A stretch of 64,000 bases of DNA from an uncultured Gemmatimonadales bacterium. GTDB taxonomy: Bacteria > Gemmatimonadota > Gemmatimonadetes > Gemmatimonadales > GWC2-71-9. Position 1 is the stretch's first letter, and the number at the start of each line of letters is the position of its first letter. Made by a program: the position numbers and the translations under genes. Positions 10,617-23,314 of this stretch are shown one piece after another. Under the pieces are notes generated by a model, which was not told the DNA's origin, made no database searches, and saw only the letters and a program-made list of their open reading frames with translations. Where the stretch lies: contig CAWJIM010000020.1 in the NCBI GenBank assembly GCA_963842945.1, positions 1 to 64,000 on the forward strand. The letters run 5' to 3'.

Positions 10617-13600
10617 TGTTCATCTCCGATTTTGCCATCCAGCCGGCCGATCGTCACCGTCACCGCCATGGTGGCGCTGGTGGTGTTCGGCATCTTCGCG
10701 CTGCTCAATCTCCACACCGACGAGTTTCCCGATATCCAGCAGCCGGTGGTCGGGCGTGACCATCGTCTACCCGGGCGCGTCGCCCTCCGAGGTCACCCGG
10801 GAGATCATCGAGCCGATGGAGGACGCGATCTTCGGCATCAGCGGGGTGGACGGCGAGAAGTCCACCTGCTCGGCCACCGATGGGCTGGCCTCGTGCACCA
10901 TCTTCTTCGAGTTCGAGAAGCCGATTCAGCAGGCGTCGCAGGACATCCGCGACGCCATCTCCACCAAGCGGGCGGACCTGCCGACCGAGATGGAGGAGCC
11001 GGTGCTCACCCGGTTCGATCCCTCCGAGCTGCCGATCGTCACGCTGACGCTCACCTCGGAGACGGTGCCGGCGACGACGCTCACCCGGCTGGCCGACCCG
11101 GGAGTGACCCGCGCGCTTCGCGCCCTCGCCGGCGTGGCCCAGGTGAGCGTGGTGGGCGGCATCGAGCGGGAGATGACGGTGGAGCTGCAGCCGGCGCGCT
11201 GGAGGCCGCGGGCGTGAGCGTGGCGCAGGTGGTGCAGGCGCTGCAGGCGCAGAACCTGGCCGCGCCGGTGGGCCGGCTCAACGGCGGGCTGGAGGAGCGC
11301 ACCATCCGGCTGCGGGGACGGCCCGAAGGGCCCGACGGATTTCGCCCAGCTGGTGGTGGCGGAGCGGAACGGGCAGACTCAATCCGGCTTGGGGCAGGTG
11401 GCCAAGGTGTACGACGGCACCGAGGAGCCCCGCACGCTGGCGCTCTACAATGGAAGGCAGGCGGTCGGGGTCGAGATCATCAAGTCGAAGGGCTACAGCA
11501 CCACCCAGGTGAGCGATCAGATCAGGGCCCGGGTGGCCGAGCTCGCAGCGCACCATGCCCGAAGGAGGTGAAGCTCGAGATCGTGCAGGACGCGGGCGCA
11601 GCGGGTCAGCCGGGCGGTGGCCAACGTGCAGGAGGCGCTGATCGAGGGCGCGCTGCTCACCGTGCTGGTGGTCTTTCTCTTCCTGAACTCGTGGCGCTCG
11701 ACCGTGATCACCGGTCTGGCGCTGCCGGTGTCGGTGCTGGCCAGCTTCATCGCGTGTGGGCCTTCGGCTTTACCCTGAACACCATGTCGCTGCTGGGACT
11801 GTCGCTGGCCATCGGCATCCTGATCGACGACGCCATCGTGGTGCGCGAGAACATCGTCCGCCACATCGAGATGGGAAAGGACCACCTGCGCGGCGTCGCA
11901 CGAGGGCACGGACGAGATCGGGCTCGCGGTGGCGGCCACGACCTTCTCCATCGTGGCGGTGTTCGTGCCGGTGGCGTTCATGTACGGCATCGCGGGCCAG
12001 TGGTTCAAGCCGTTCGCGCTGACCATCGCCTGCGCGGTGCTGGTGTCGCTCTTCGTCAGCTTCTCGCTCGACCCGATGCTGTCGGCCTACTGGGCCGACC
12101 CCCAGACCGAGGCGCACGAGCGCCGCAACCCGATCGCCCGGGCTCTCGACCGCTTCAACCGCTGGTTCGACCGGCAGGCCGAGCGCTACCAGGGCGTGAT
12201 CGCCTGGGCGCTGGACCACCGGCTGGCGATGGTGCTGATCGCGCTGGGCTCGTTCTTCGGCGCGATCGCGCTCCAGGCCACGCTGGGCGGCGCCGGCTTC
12301 ATCCCGATCAGCGACCGGAGCGAGATCAACTTCATCGTCGAGACGCCACCGGGCTCGAGCCTGGAATACACCCGGCTCAAGTCCGAGGAGGTGGAGCGCA
12401 TCGCGCGGAGCGCACCCGGAGGTGGCGTACACCTACACCGGCGATCGGCACGCCGATTCCGCTGCTGCGCGCCGGGCGTGGATCAGGCGCTGATCTACGT
12501 GCGGCTGGTGCCGAAGACGGAGCGGAGCATCAGCCAGGATGCAGCTGGGCGAGATGCTGCGGCGAGGAGCTGTCGCAGGTGGGCGGCGCCGAGGTGTCGG
12601 TGTTCACCAGCGGCTTCGGCGGCGCCATGAAGCAGATCCAGATGGAGATGCGGGGGCACGGATCCCACGGTCGCTGACCCGGCTTGCCACCCGGGCCGCC
12701 GCGCTGGTGCGCGCAGGTGCCCGGCGCGGTGGACGTGGGGCTCTCGACCCGAGGCGAGCGGCCGGAGCTGGAGGTCGAGCTGCGACCGCGGGCTGGCCGG
12801 CTCGCTGGGCGTGACGGTGGCGCAGGTGGCGCAGTCGCTGCGGCCGGCCTTCGCCGGCATCGACGCGGGCGACTGGGTGGACCCCACCGGCGAGACCCGC
12901 GACGTCACGGTGCGGCTGGCGCCGGAGGCCCGGGAGCGGACGGTGGATCTGGAGCGGCTGCCGCTGGTCGATACCCGGTGCCGACCGGCGCGCCGGTCAC
13001 GTTGCCGCTGGGACAGGTGGCATCCATTCACGCAGGGGCTCGGTCCGGCGCAGATCAACCACCTCAATCGCGAAGCGGTCGTCAACGTGCAGGCGAACGT
13101 GCAGGGCCGCTCGCTCACCGAGGTGACCCGCGACATCAACGCCCGGCTGGCGAGCCTGGAGCGGGAGCTGCCGCCGGGCTACCGGATCACCCAGGGCGGC
13201 GAGGCGCGCGACCAGGCGGAGGTGTTCACCCGGATCTTCACCGCGCTGGGCGTCGCGGTGCTGCTGATGTACCTGATCCTGGTGGTTCAGTTCGGCTCGT
13301 TCCTCGACCCCCTGGCGATTCTGATCTCGCTGCCGCTGTCGCTGATCGGCGTGGTGCTGGCGCTGATCGTCACCCGCGACACGCTCAACATCATGAGCCT
13401 GATCGGGGTGATCCTGTTGATGGGCATCGTGGCCAAGAACGCCATCCTGCTGATCGACTTCGCCAAGTGGGCCCACGAGCGGGGAACGCCGCTGCGCGAG
13501 GCGCTGATCGAGGCGGGCCGGATCCGGCTGCGGCCGATCATGATGACCACGATCGCGCTGATCGCGGGAATGATCCCGGTGGCGCTGGGCCGGGGAGAGG

Positions 13601-13819
13601 GAGCAGACTTCCGGGCGCCGCTGGGCCGGGCGGTCATCGGCGGCGTGATCACCTCCACGCTGCTTGACCCTGCTGGTGATTCCGACGGTGTACGAGATCC
13701 TCGATGACTTCCGCTCCTGGATGACCGCCAAGGTCTGGCGCCGGGTGGTGCGCTCGCACCCGCAGCCCGCGACGCCGGCCGCCAAAACCTCGCTCACGAC
13801 CGGCCAAACCGGAGCCTAG
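10616..13819 (+). CDS. RND efflux permease (AcrB/MdtC-like), many frameshifts
   Basis: [54 protein letters not shown]. Confidence 0.93.
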
Positions 13820-13904
13820 CGTCCGGAGCAATTTCAGGGCAGAATACCTCCACGCAATTGCCTGCCCGCATGTCCGTTCCCGGGAGGTCTTCTTTCTTAA
13901 TTCC

Positions 13905-15198
13905 TTGAGAGCGACCCCGCGTCGAGTTCACCGGTGGTTGCATCTGCTCGCGCCGGCACTCGTGTGGAGCTGCGCCGGGCAGACCGACCGCGGCCCCATC
14001 ATTGTCACCTTTCCCGGCAGCTCGCTCGGGTCCGAGGCGGAGGTTTTGAACCGGCAGCTCGCCCGATTCAACGCCGAGCATCCGGCCATCCGGGTGGTCC
14101 GCCGGGACACGCCGGACGCAGCCGACCAGCGGCATCAGCTCTACGTGCAGTGGCTCAACGCCGGCGCGAGCGATCCCGACATCCTCCAGCTCGATGCCAT
14201 CTGGACCCCGGAATTCGCCGCCGCGGGCTGGATCCTCCCGCTGGACCGGTTCGGTCCCGACACGACAGGCTTTTTCCCCTCCACCATTCAGGCCAATCGC
14301 TGGCGGGATTCGCTCTTTGCGCTTCCCTGGTTCGTGGACGTGGGCATGCTCTACTGGCGCACCGATCTGGTGCCCTCGGCGCCGAATTCGCTGAGCGAGC
14401 TGGTGAGCTTCGCCAAGCGTGCCCGGCAGCAGCACCGCCTGAAGTACGGGCTGGTGTGGCAGGGAGCCCGGTATGAGGGGCTGATCACGAATTTCGTGGA
14501 ATATCTCGGCGCGTACGGAGGCCGGATTCTGGAAGGCGGACGGGTGGTGGTGAACTCCGAAGCCGGGCGGCTCGCCTTGACGGAGATGCGGAACGAGATC
14601 TACCGGGACGGCATCGTTCCGTCCGCGGCGCTCACCTGGCACGAGGAGGAGAGCCGGTTCGCCTTCCAGAACGGCGAATCGGTCTTCATGCGGAACTGGC
14701 CCTACGCAGTCGGCCTCATGCGCGACAGCACGAAGTCGCGGGTGGCGGGGAAGTTCAGCGTGGCCGCCATGCCGGCCGGGCCCGGCGGGCGTCCCACGGC
14801 GGCGCTGGGCGGAGCGCAGCTGGCCATCAACCGCCACACCGAGAGCCCCGAGGCAGCCTGGGCGGTGATCGACTATCTCACGCAGCCCGAGCAGATGCGG
14901 GAGCGCGCACGGGTGGTCGGGCAGTTTCCCTCGCGGGTCGCGCTCTATGAGGGAGAGGGATTGAATGCCGAGCTGGGACTGCCGACGGATGCGGTGCGAC
15001 GGGTTATCGAATTCGCGGTGCCCCGGCCGGTCACTCCGGTGTACAACCAGCTCTCCGAGATTCTCCAGATCAACCTGCACCGCGCGCTGACCCGGCAGAC
15101 CACTCCGGAGGCCGCGCTGGCCGCGGGCTCAATCGGACATGCAGCGCCTACTCAATCGAGTCGGACTCGGCACGGGAGTGGCCACTGCCCACCGCTGA
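13905..15198 (+). CDS. Sugar ABC substrate-binding lipoprotein (trehalose/maltose-binding type)
   Basis: Lipobox-like VWSC; DAIWTPEFA, DVGMLYWRTDL, QGARYEGL, FMRNWPYA, LGG motifs; frameshift near the C-terminus. Confidence 0.85.
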
Positions 15199-16103
15199 TC
15201 CGGTCCGCGGCGTCGAAGCGCGCGAGGCGCGGCTGGCCTGGGGGCTGGTCCTGCCGGCGCTGCTGACCATCCTCCTGATCGCGCTGTTTCCGCTGGCCTG
15301 GACCTTCTGGGAATCGCTGCATCTGCACGATCTCCGGATGCCGTGGCTGGGGCGGCCGTTCATCGGACTGACCAACTATGTGGACGCGGTGCGGGACCCC
15401 CGGTTCATCGGCGCGCTGGGGCACACGCTCTTCTTTGCGGTCACCAGCGTCAGCCTCGAGCTGGTGATCGGTCTCTGGCTGGCGCTGGCCCTCAACCGCG
15501 CGTTCAAGGGGCGGGGCCTGGTCCGGGCGGCGGTGCTGGTGCCGTGGGCGATCCCGACCGTCGTCTCGGCGCTGCTCTGGCGGTTCATGTTCGAGGGCCA
15601 GACCGGGATCGTAAACGCAGTGTTGGTCAGCGTCGGGCGTCATCCGGGAGCCGATCGTCTGGTTCATCCAGGCCGGCACCGCCTGGGTGCCGGTAATTCT
15701 CGCGGACGTGTGGAAGACCACACCGTTCGTGGCACTCCTGCTGCTGGCCGGATTGCAGAACATCGACAGCTCGCTGTACGAGGCGGCCAGGATCGACGGC
15801 GCCAGCGCCTGGCGCCAGTTCCGCTACGTGACGCTTCCACTGCTCAAACCGGCGATTCTCGTCGCCCTGATCTTCCGTACCCTCGACGCCTTCCGGGTGT
15901 TCGACCTGGTGTATGCGTTGACCGGCGGCGGCCCGGGCACGTCCACCGAGCCCATCGCGCTCTACACCTTCAACGCGCTGCTGCAGAACCTGCAGTTCGG
16001 CTATGGCTCGGCGCTGTCGGTCATCGTGTTCCTGGTGACTTTCGCGCTGGCGATGGTGTACGTCCGGTTTCTCGGCGCCGACCTCACCGGAGCGCGCCGG
16101 TGA
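15178..16103 (+). CDS. Sugar ABC permease (MalF/SugA-like), frameshifted; start approximate
   Basis: [20 protein letters not shown] motif [11 protein letters not shown]. Confidence 0.9.
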
Positions 16104-16918
16104 GCGAGAAGAAGTGGTGGCCCGTGCTGGCGCTGACGCTGCTGGTGGTGGCGAGCGCCTTTCCGTTCTATTGGGCCATCCTGGCGTCGTTCACGCCCGA
16201 GGCCCGGCTGTTTCAGGGACCTTCGCTCCTGCCGAGGCACTGGTGCTGGACCACTACCGGGCACTGTTCACCCAGCGGAACTTCTGGGTCCCGATCCGGA
16301 ACTCGCTCATCGTGGCGGGCTCGACTACAGCGTTTTGCGTGGGCGTAGGATCGCTCTGCGCCTACGCGCTGGCCCGGCTGCAGTTCCGGGGCAAGCTGCC
16401 GCTGCTCGGGTTCATTCTGGCGGTCGGAATGTTCCCCCAGATCTCGGTCGTCTCGCCGCTGTACATGCTGCTGCGTTCTCTGCAGACTGATCAACACCTA
16501 TCCCGGGCTGATCCTGCCGTATTTCACCTTTGCCATGCCGCTCACGGTCTGGCTCCTGGTGGGCTTCTTCCGCCAGCTGCCGGCCGAGCTGGAGGAGGCG
16601 GCGATGGTGGACGGGGCAAGCCGGCTCCGCGCCTTTGCCGAGGTGATCGTTCCGCTGGCGCTGCCGGGATTGGCCACCACCGCGATACTCACCTTTGTGT
16701 ACAGCTGGAACGAGTTTCTCTTCGCGCTTTCCTTCACGCTCGGCCCGGAGCGCCAGACGGTGCCGGTCGCGATCGCGCTGTTCCGCGGGATGTATCAGGT
16801 GCCCTGGGGACAGATCCTGGCCGCTGCCGTCGTCGCGACAGCGCCGGTCACGTTGCTGGTGCTGGCGTTTCAGCGGCGGATCGTGCAGGGGCTCACGGCC
16901 GGCGCGGTGAAAGGGTAG
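16100..16918 (+). CDS. Sugar ABC permease (MalG/SugB-like), frameshifted
   Basis: [35 protein letters not shown]. Confidence 0.9.
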
Positions 16919-16920
16919 CC

Positions 16921-17945
16921 ATGGCATCGGTTCGTCTCGAAGGCGTCAAGAAGGTCTACCCCAACGGGCACGTGGCGGCCCAGGGTCTCGATCTCCAGAT
17001 CAACGACGGCGAATTCATGGTGCTGGTCGGCCCGTCCGGCTGCGGCAAGAGCACCGCGCTCCGAATGATTGCCGGGCTGGAGACGCCCACCGCCGGCCGC
17101 ATCCTGATCGGCGACCGGGATGTCACCGTGCTCCCGCCGCAGGAGCGCGACATCGCCATGGTGTTTCAGACGTACGCCTTGTATCCCCACATGACGGTGC
17201 GGGAGAACCTGGGCTTCGGTCTCAGAATGCGCGGGGTCGCGCGGGAGGCGATCGAGCGGCAGGTGGAGGAGGCGGCCCGCGCTCTCTCGCTGGAGCCGGT
17301 ACTGGAGCGGAAGCCGGCCCAGCTCTCCGGCGGCCAGCGCCAGCGGGTAGCATTGGGCCGGGCAATTGTGCGGGAGCCCAAGGTGTTCCTGTTCGACGAG
17401 CCGCTCTCCAATCTCGACGCCAAGCTCAGGGTAGAAACTCGGGCAGAGCTGGCCCGGTTACACCGCCGCTTGCGTGCCACGGTCGTCTACGTGACACACG
17501 ATCAGGAAGAAGCGATGACCCTGGGAAGCCGGGTGGCGGTGATGCGCGACGGCTTCCTGCAGCAGGTTGCGCCGCCGATGGAGCTGTATCTGCGGCCGGC
17601 CAATCAGTTCGTCGCCGGGTTTGTGGGCTCGCCCGCGATGAACTTCTTGCCGCGAGAAGAGGTTCCCGCTGCGATACTCACCCGAGGAAGCTGTCCTCGG
17701 CATCCGGCCGCACGACATTCAAATCGTTGCCTCGGGTGACGGGAGATGAGAACGCCTACGTCGAGCTGGTCGAGTCACGGGGCAGCGAGCAGCTCGTCTA
17801 TCTCTGCCTGCGGGGTAACAACCAGGGTCCGGCAATTCGAGTGGTGGCGCCGCCGGAGACACAGGTCGAGCCTGAACGAATCGTGGGGATGCGGTTTGAT
17901 CGGGAGAAGCTGCACTGGTTCGACGAGCAGGGAAGGCGAGCCTGA
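16921..17945 (+). CDS. Sugar ABC ATPase (MalK/SugC/UgpC-like), frameshift ~17690
   Basis: [40 protein letters not shown]-like C-terminus. Confidence 0.93.
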
Positions 17946-17948
17946 GCG

Positions 17949-19614
17949 GTGAAGACCGACTACGATGTGTGTATCGTAGGCTCCGGAGCGGGCGGCGGGA
18001 TGGCCGCCTATGTGCTCACCCAGGCCGGGGCGAAGGTGGTACTGCTCGAAGCCGGCGGCTCCTGGGACAACCGGACGGACTCGGCGATGCTCTCCTGGCC
18101 CTATAACTCGCCGAGGCGAGGCGCACCAACCAGCGAGCGCCCTTTCGGCGAGTTCGACGCCTGCATCGGCGGCTGGGAGATCGCGGGAGAGCCGTACACG
18201 GTTGCTGACGGCGATCGCTTCAGCTGGTGGCGGGCCCGGATGCTGGGCGGCCGTACTAATCACTGGGGACGGATTTCACTCCGCTTCGGGCCCGATGACT
18301 TCCGCGCGCGCTCGCTGGATGGCTTGGGAGACGACTGGCCGATTGGTTACGACGATATCCGGCCATACTATGACCAGGTCGACCGGCTGGTGGGGGTGTT
18401 CGGAAGTATCGAAGGACTGAGGAACCACCCGGACGGCATTTTCCTCCCGCCGCCCAGGCCGCGTTGCTTCGAGCTGCTGGTGAAGCAAGCCTGCGATCGG
18501 CTTGCGATCACCTGCATACCTGCGCGGGTCTCGGTAGTCACCCGGCCCCACAACGGCCGTCCGGCGTGCCATTACTGCGGCCAGTGTAACCGCGGTTGCC
18601 GCACCAACTCCAACTTCTCTTCCTCTGGTGTGCTCATCAGCCCCGCGTTGGCTACCGGGCGGTTGACCCTCGTCACGGGGGCGATGGCCCGCGAGGTGAC
18701 GGTGAGCAACGGTGGACTTGCCACCGGAGTCTCTTACATCGAGAAGGCTACCGGGCAGGACCGGCACGTCCGCGCCAGAATCATCGTGCTCGCGGCCAGT
18801 GCCTGTGAGTCGGCGCGCCTGCTGCTCAATTCCAAATCCTCCCGGTTTCCCGACGGACTCGCCAACGCCAGCGGGATGGTGGGACGAGATCTGACGGACA
18901 CCACGGGCACCGACGTGGGTGGACTGATTCCCCGGCTGATGGATCAGGTGCCCCACAATGAGGATGGGGTCGGAAGCCTCCACCTCTACATGCCATGGTG
19001 GCTGGACAATCGAAAGCTGGACTTCCCTCGTGGGTATCACATCGAGGTCTGGGGCGGTCGCGGCCAGCCGGGCTATGGCTTCATGGGAGACATCCACAAG
19101 TACCCGCCCGGCGGAGGGTACGGTCTGCAGCTCAAGCGCGACTATCGCCGCTACTACGGCGCGACGATCGGGTTGGCCATGCGGGGCGAGATGATACCGA
19201 ATCGACACTCCTACTGCGAAATAGACCCGACCAAAGTCGATCGTTGGGGCATTCCGGTGCTTCGGTTTCATTGGAAGTGGAGCGAGCATGAAATCCGGCA
19301 AACTCGGCATGCCCAGCAGACTCTGCGTGACATCATAGCCGAGATGGGAGGTCAGGCGCTCGATCCGATGCCAGACTCCACTGCGGATTTTGGGCTGCAG
19401 GCTGGAGGCCGGATCATTCATGAAGTGGGCGGTACCCGCATGGGCAACGACCGCCGGTCATCGGTGGGCAACGGCTATCACCCTGAACGAAGTGAACAAC
19501 GGTTAGTGGAGGCGGCCGTGGGCAGGCGACAAGAATCCTACCTGGACCATCCTGGCCCTGGCTTGGCGTACCAGCGACTACATCGCCCAGCAGCGAAGGC
19601 AGCGTGCGGTATGA
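17949..19614 (+). CDS. GMC family flavoprotein oxidoreductase (glucoside 3-dehydrogenase-like)
   Basis: GSGAGGG FAD motif; LGGRTNHWG; CHYCGQCNRGC cluster; IIHEVGGTRMG. The C-terminus DKNPTWTILALAWRTSDYI lies in a shifted frame, stop 19612-19614. Confidence 0.9.
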
Positions 19615-20225
19615 GGAGAGAGCTCAGCCGGAGGGAAACGGTGAAACTCCTGGCCACAGCGCCATTAGCCCTATCCTTTGGTTTCAGCCTGGCAGGATGT
19701 GACCGCGCCGCGCGCTCGGCACGGCAGCTGGGGGGCTCGGCCGGGTTCCAGCCTGCCTTCTTCACCCCCCACGAATACGAAACGGTGCGGGTGCTGGTAG
19801 ACCTGATCATTCCACGGGACGATCGGTCCGGCAGTGCGACGGACGCCAAAGTTCCCGAGTTTATGGACTTCATGATGGCCGATAGGGACACGAAGCCGGA
19901 GGGCCGCAGCGCAATGCGGGACGGGCTGGCGTGGCTGGACCGCGAGAGTGATCAGCGCTCCGGCCGGAGCTTCGTGGAAGCGAGCGACACACAACGAGCC
20001 ACATTGCTCGACGAGATCGCCTGGCCGGGCCGGGCCAAGCCGGAGATGCAGCCCGGGGTCATCTTCTTCAACAGTTTCCGGGATCTCACGGCCTCAGGAT
20101 TCTGGTCCAGCGAGATGGGAGTCAAGGATCTGCAGTACCAGGGGAACGCGTTCGTACCGGAATGGAGGGGCTGTCCTGAGGCGGCGCTCAGAAAGCTGGG
20201 GGTGCGCTATGAGGATGGCTCCTGA
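19611..20225 (+). CDS. Gluconate 2-dehydrogenase subunit 3 family protein (Tat-exported partner)
   Basis: SRRETVK twin-Arg signal and LAGC; FFTPHEY..LVDLIIP..SGSATDAKVPEFMDF; GFWSSEMG. Confidence 0.88.
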   Translation: MRRELSRRETVKLLATAPLALSFGFSLAGCDRAARSARQLGGSAGFQPAFFTPHEYETVRVLVDLIIPRDDRSGSATDAKVPEFMDFMMADRDTKPEGRSAMRDGLAWLDRESDQRSGRSFVEASDTQRATLLDEIAWPGRAKPEMQPGVIFFNSFRDLTASGFWSSEMGVKDLQYQGNAFVPEWRGCPEAALRKLGVRYEDGS

Positions 20226-20932
20226 ACCCGAATCTTGATATTGCGGAATGCTACCTGGTCGCCGTGGTCCTGCAGGCCGATACGACCGGCTGGATTCCGG
20301 CCGTAGCGAGGCATCGTGGCAAACTTGCTCCGCGCGAGTCGCGCGTTCCAGTCTTTGCTTCCGACCTCGGCTTCGACCAACTTCACTCCGTTGAGCCAGT
20401 ACTCCACGTGGTTGCCCCGTACTAGAACGCGGGCCGCATTCCATTGGCCCGCGGCGTGTACTACTCCGCGGCGTGATGGGTAGAGACCATACAGCGCTCC
20501 GGCCGAGGTAAGCGGGGAACGCCCATCGGGATGTCGGGCGTCGTCCAGCACCTGCATCTCGGGGCCACTCTCCCAGGGGTACTTCTGGTCTTCACTCACC
20601 CGCCAGAAGATTCCGCTGTTGCCTCCCTCGGCCACCTTCCATTCCAGGCTCAATTCGAAGTCACGGTATTCGTCGGTGGAGACGATATCGCCCGCACTGT
20701 CGACTCGGGTGATGGCGCCCTCGACGACCTGCCAGCCCTTGGGCAGCGCGGTTTGCCGGTATCCGCGCCAGTGCTCCATCGTTCGGCCGTCGAAGAGGAG
20801 CTGCCATCCGGCGGCCCGCTCCTCCGGTGTCAGCTGGTTCACGGCATTGGCCTGGTCGGGGTGAGTGTCACGGGCCGGCGAGCAGCTACCAATCACCACA
20901 GAGGCACAAAGGACACCAAGGATTCTTCTCAT
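20207..20932 (-). CDS. DUF1080 (3-keto-disaccharide hydrolase/lyase) lipoprotein
   Basis: GWQLLFDG, GGNSG, GPEMQVLD, GALYG, WN, IGLQDHG..VAFRNIKI; signal MRRILGVLCASVVIGSC. Confidence 0.9.
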   Translation of the reverse strand: MRRILGVLCASVVIGSCSPARDTHPDQANAVNQLTPEERAAGWQLLFDGRTMEHWRGYRQTALPKGWQVVEGAITRVDSAGDIVSTDEYRDFELSLEWKVAEGGNSGIFWRVSEDQKYPWESGPEMQVLDDARHPDGRSPLTSAGALYGLYPSRRGVVHAAGQWNAARVLVRGNHVEYWLNGVKLVEAEVGSKDWNARLARSKFATMPRYGRNPAGRIGLQDHGDQVAFRNIKIRVQEPSS

Positions 20933-20939
20933 ACGGTCA

Positions 20940-23314
20940 TCAATGCAGATTTGAGAGGCGTACTGCACCACCAGGTTCGTGGTATTCCACAGCTGCACGT
21001 CCGAGCTGGTGCCGTAGCGCACCGGCTTGAGTTTCCCGCCTTTGATCTCGTAGCTCCAGAGCTCGTTGTGCTGCATCGCCGACGCATTCACTGCCGACAA
21101 AATCCGCTGCAGTGCGTCGCGCAGCTTAGGATCCCCGGTTCTCTCCAACTGGTAGGCTAAGCCGAGGAAGAGGAGATTGACCTCGCGGCCCCAGACCACG
21201 CGGGGACTGTGGTACTGATCCTTCTGGAAGCGATTCCAGATGGCGGACGAGGCGTAGGCATCGTTGGCCACCACCGGACCCAGACCCGGCTACGAACAGC
21301 CCGACAGGGTACGGCCGAAGCACCGGTTGGATCTCCTGCGAGACGAGCCCGGGATCGAGATCGGGGTTGAGGAACAGTTCTGTAGCCGGGTCGGTATTCA
21401 CCACGCCGATCGGTTTGCCCGCCGCGATCCAGGGAGAGCGCCAGGAAAGTGAGCGAATCGTGCGGCTCCTTCGCCTCGGCTCAAGACGCCCTTCCAATAG
21501 GTACGTTCGGCGGCAGGCATCCAGCCGAGTTTGGCCTCCAGAGCCCGGCGAATCTGAGCCGGCGACAGCTTGACCGTGAAGTGCTTGCGGGCGCCCTTCC
21601 AGGTATCGATCGCCCGGTGGAGGAATGTCGAGTCGCCGCGATATCGCTGCAGGGCAGGGGCGTTGTCCGCCGACGCACCGGAGTCCTGGTCCAGGCCAAG
21701 CTCCTGCAGCGAGCGCAGAATGACGCCGATCGCCTCCAGCGCCTGCGGCACCCAGATGGCGTTGATGTCCATTGCAAACCGGCCGCCGGCGTAGCCGGCG
21801 TCGCTGTCCCGCCAGCTGGCGGAGCGCCAGTGGGTCGTGTCCCGCTTGGGGAAGCTCACCAGGTTCTGCGCGGTGGGATGCTCGACATAGGGAAGGCTGA
21901 GGGAGGAGACCAGGTTGAGCTCGCGCAGCAGCAGCGCCAGTCGAGACTCTCCGGCCTCCGACTTCTCCTGCAGAAAGGCGCGCTTCCGGTTGGCCGGGAC
22001 CAGCGAATCGGCCAGGTACCGGGCGGCCAGCACGGGGAGCTGGAACTCGTCGTCGATCATGTGGTAGTTCTCGCGGGTCCGCTGCAGATCCGCGAGCACC
22101 TGCCGGGCCTGGGCCAGGGCGCTGTCGGCCTTGGGCCGGCCGGCTGCGCCAGGCTTGAAGTAGTGGCCCAGCAGCGAGTCGTAGAGCACCGCGTGCTCCC
22201 TGATGGCCTGGCCGCCCAGCGCCTCCTCGTGGCTCACATCTCCCCTGGGTCCGAGCTTGCGCAGCACGCTCGCGATCACGTGCTCCGGCATATCGGGCGA
22301 CCAGATCGGGCGCATCATGAGCGCGGTCATCATCATGTCGCGGCCGAAGTAGGTGGCGAAGTTGGGCAGGCCGGCCATCAACTTCTCCCGGCTGCTCAGG
22401 AGCTCGACGCCACGGACCTGCCGCTCCAGCCGGCGAGCCGCGATCGCGGCGCTGTCGCTGCCGGCACTGTCGCGAGCCATGAAATCCAGAAACTGCTTAT
22501 TGAAGATTTCCTGTCTCGACAGAGGGTTGAGCGGCGCCGCATCGGTGGTGACTCGCACGCCGAACCGGAGAGCCGATCCCGGCCGAGTCTCCAGGGAGAC
22601 GGTTTGCCCCTTCATGCGGGCTTTCACCCGGCGGGGGTCCACCCGGAGCTCGAGCCGGAGGAAGTTGCGCCCGTCGAGCGAGGGGCGCTCGATCCGGATG
22701 GTCTCGACGGTGTCCCCCGGCTTCATCTCGAAGCTGGGGACGAGGCGGCCTCGGAGCTGCTCGAGGCTCTCGGCGTGGAGCAGCCCCAGGTGACGCTTCT
22801 GCTCCTCGGAAGGCAGCCGCGCCACGTCGGCCACCAGGAGAGACTCCTCCGCCACCCGGTAGGCTCCAGCGAATGGCTTCTCGTAGGCCTTGGCGTAGAC
22901 GAAGTCCCGCTCCACTCGCATCGAGCCCAGCACGAACCAGCCCAGCTGGACCGCAGAGAGGGGAGTAGTCAGGCGGAACTCGATGCTCCTGGTGGAATCG
23001 GAATCGGCGACCTCAGCCGCAGTCGCGTCCCAGAAGAGGCGGGTGGGCCGTCCGTGCGAGTCGCGGGCGTTGAAGCCAACGCTCTCGTTGGCCGCGTCGG
23101 CCCACACCAGCACCGCGCGCGAGGTCTGCGGCTGGAGGTAGATCTGGACGGTGTTGTTCCGGGAGTCGCGGTAGAAGCGGGTCTGATAGCCCTGATAGGC
23201 CGCGGTGTCGTCCAGCTCGGGATCGGGAAAGGCGAGCACCGGCTCAACGGGTTTAAGAAAGCCAGCCTGATGCAGCACCATCCACAGCGGGATGAGATAC
23301 AAGTACCCCATCAT
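20940..23314 (-). CDS. Uncharacterised (alpha/alpha)6 glycoside-hydrolase-like protein (frameshifted)
   Basis: AGLPNFATYFGRD, SHEE, MIDD, WRDS, YHSPRVVW motifs resemble amylo-alpha-1,6-glucosidase/debranching-type barrels. C-terminus rebuilt across frames. Confidence 0.65.

Noticed and set aside
16114..17739. Permease-ATPase fusion
   Set aside because: Artefact of frameshifts; the permease stops at 16918 and the ATPase starts at 16921.
17949..20225. GMC/subunit-3 fusion (758-aa ORF)
   Set aside because: The true GMC C-terminus is in another frame, ending at 19614 with an ATGA overlap. Segment ~19465-19525 departs from the family pattern and looks like a basecalling garble.
20207..21274. Hydrolase C-terminus fused to DUF1080
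   Set aside because: A likely 1-nt error near 20955 joins them; DUF1080 has its own lipoprotein signal starting at 20932.
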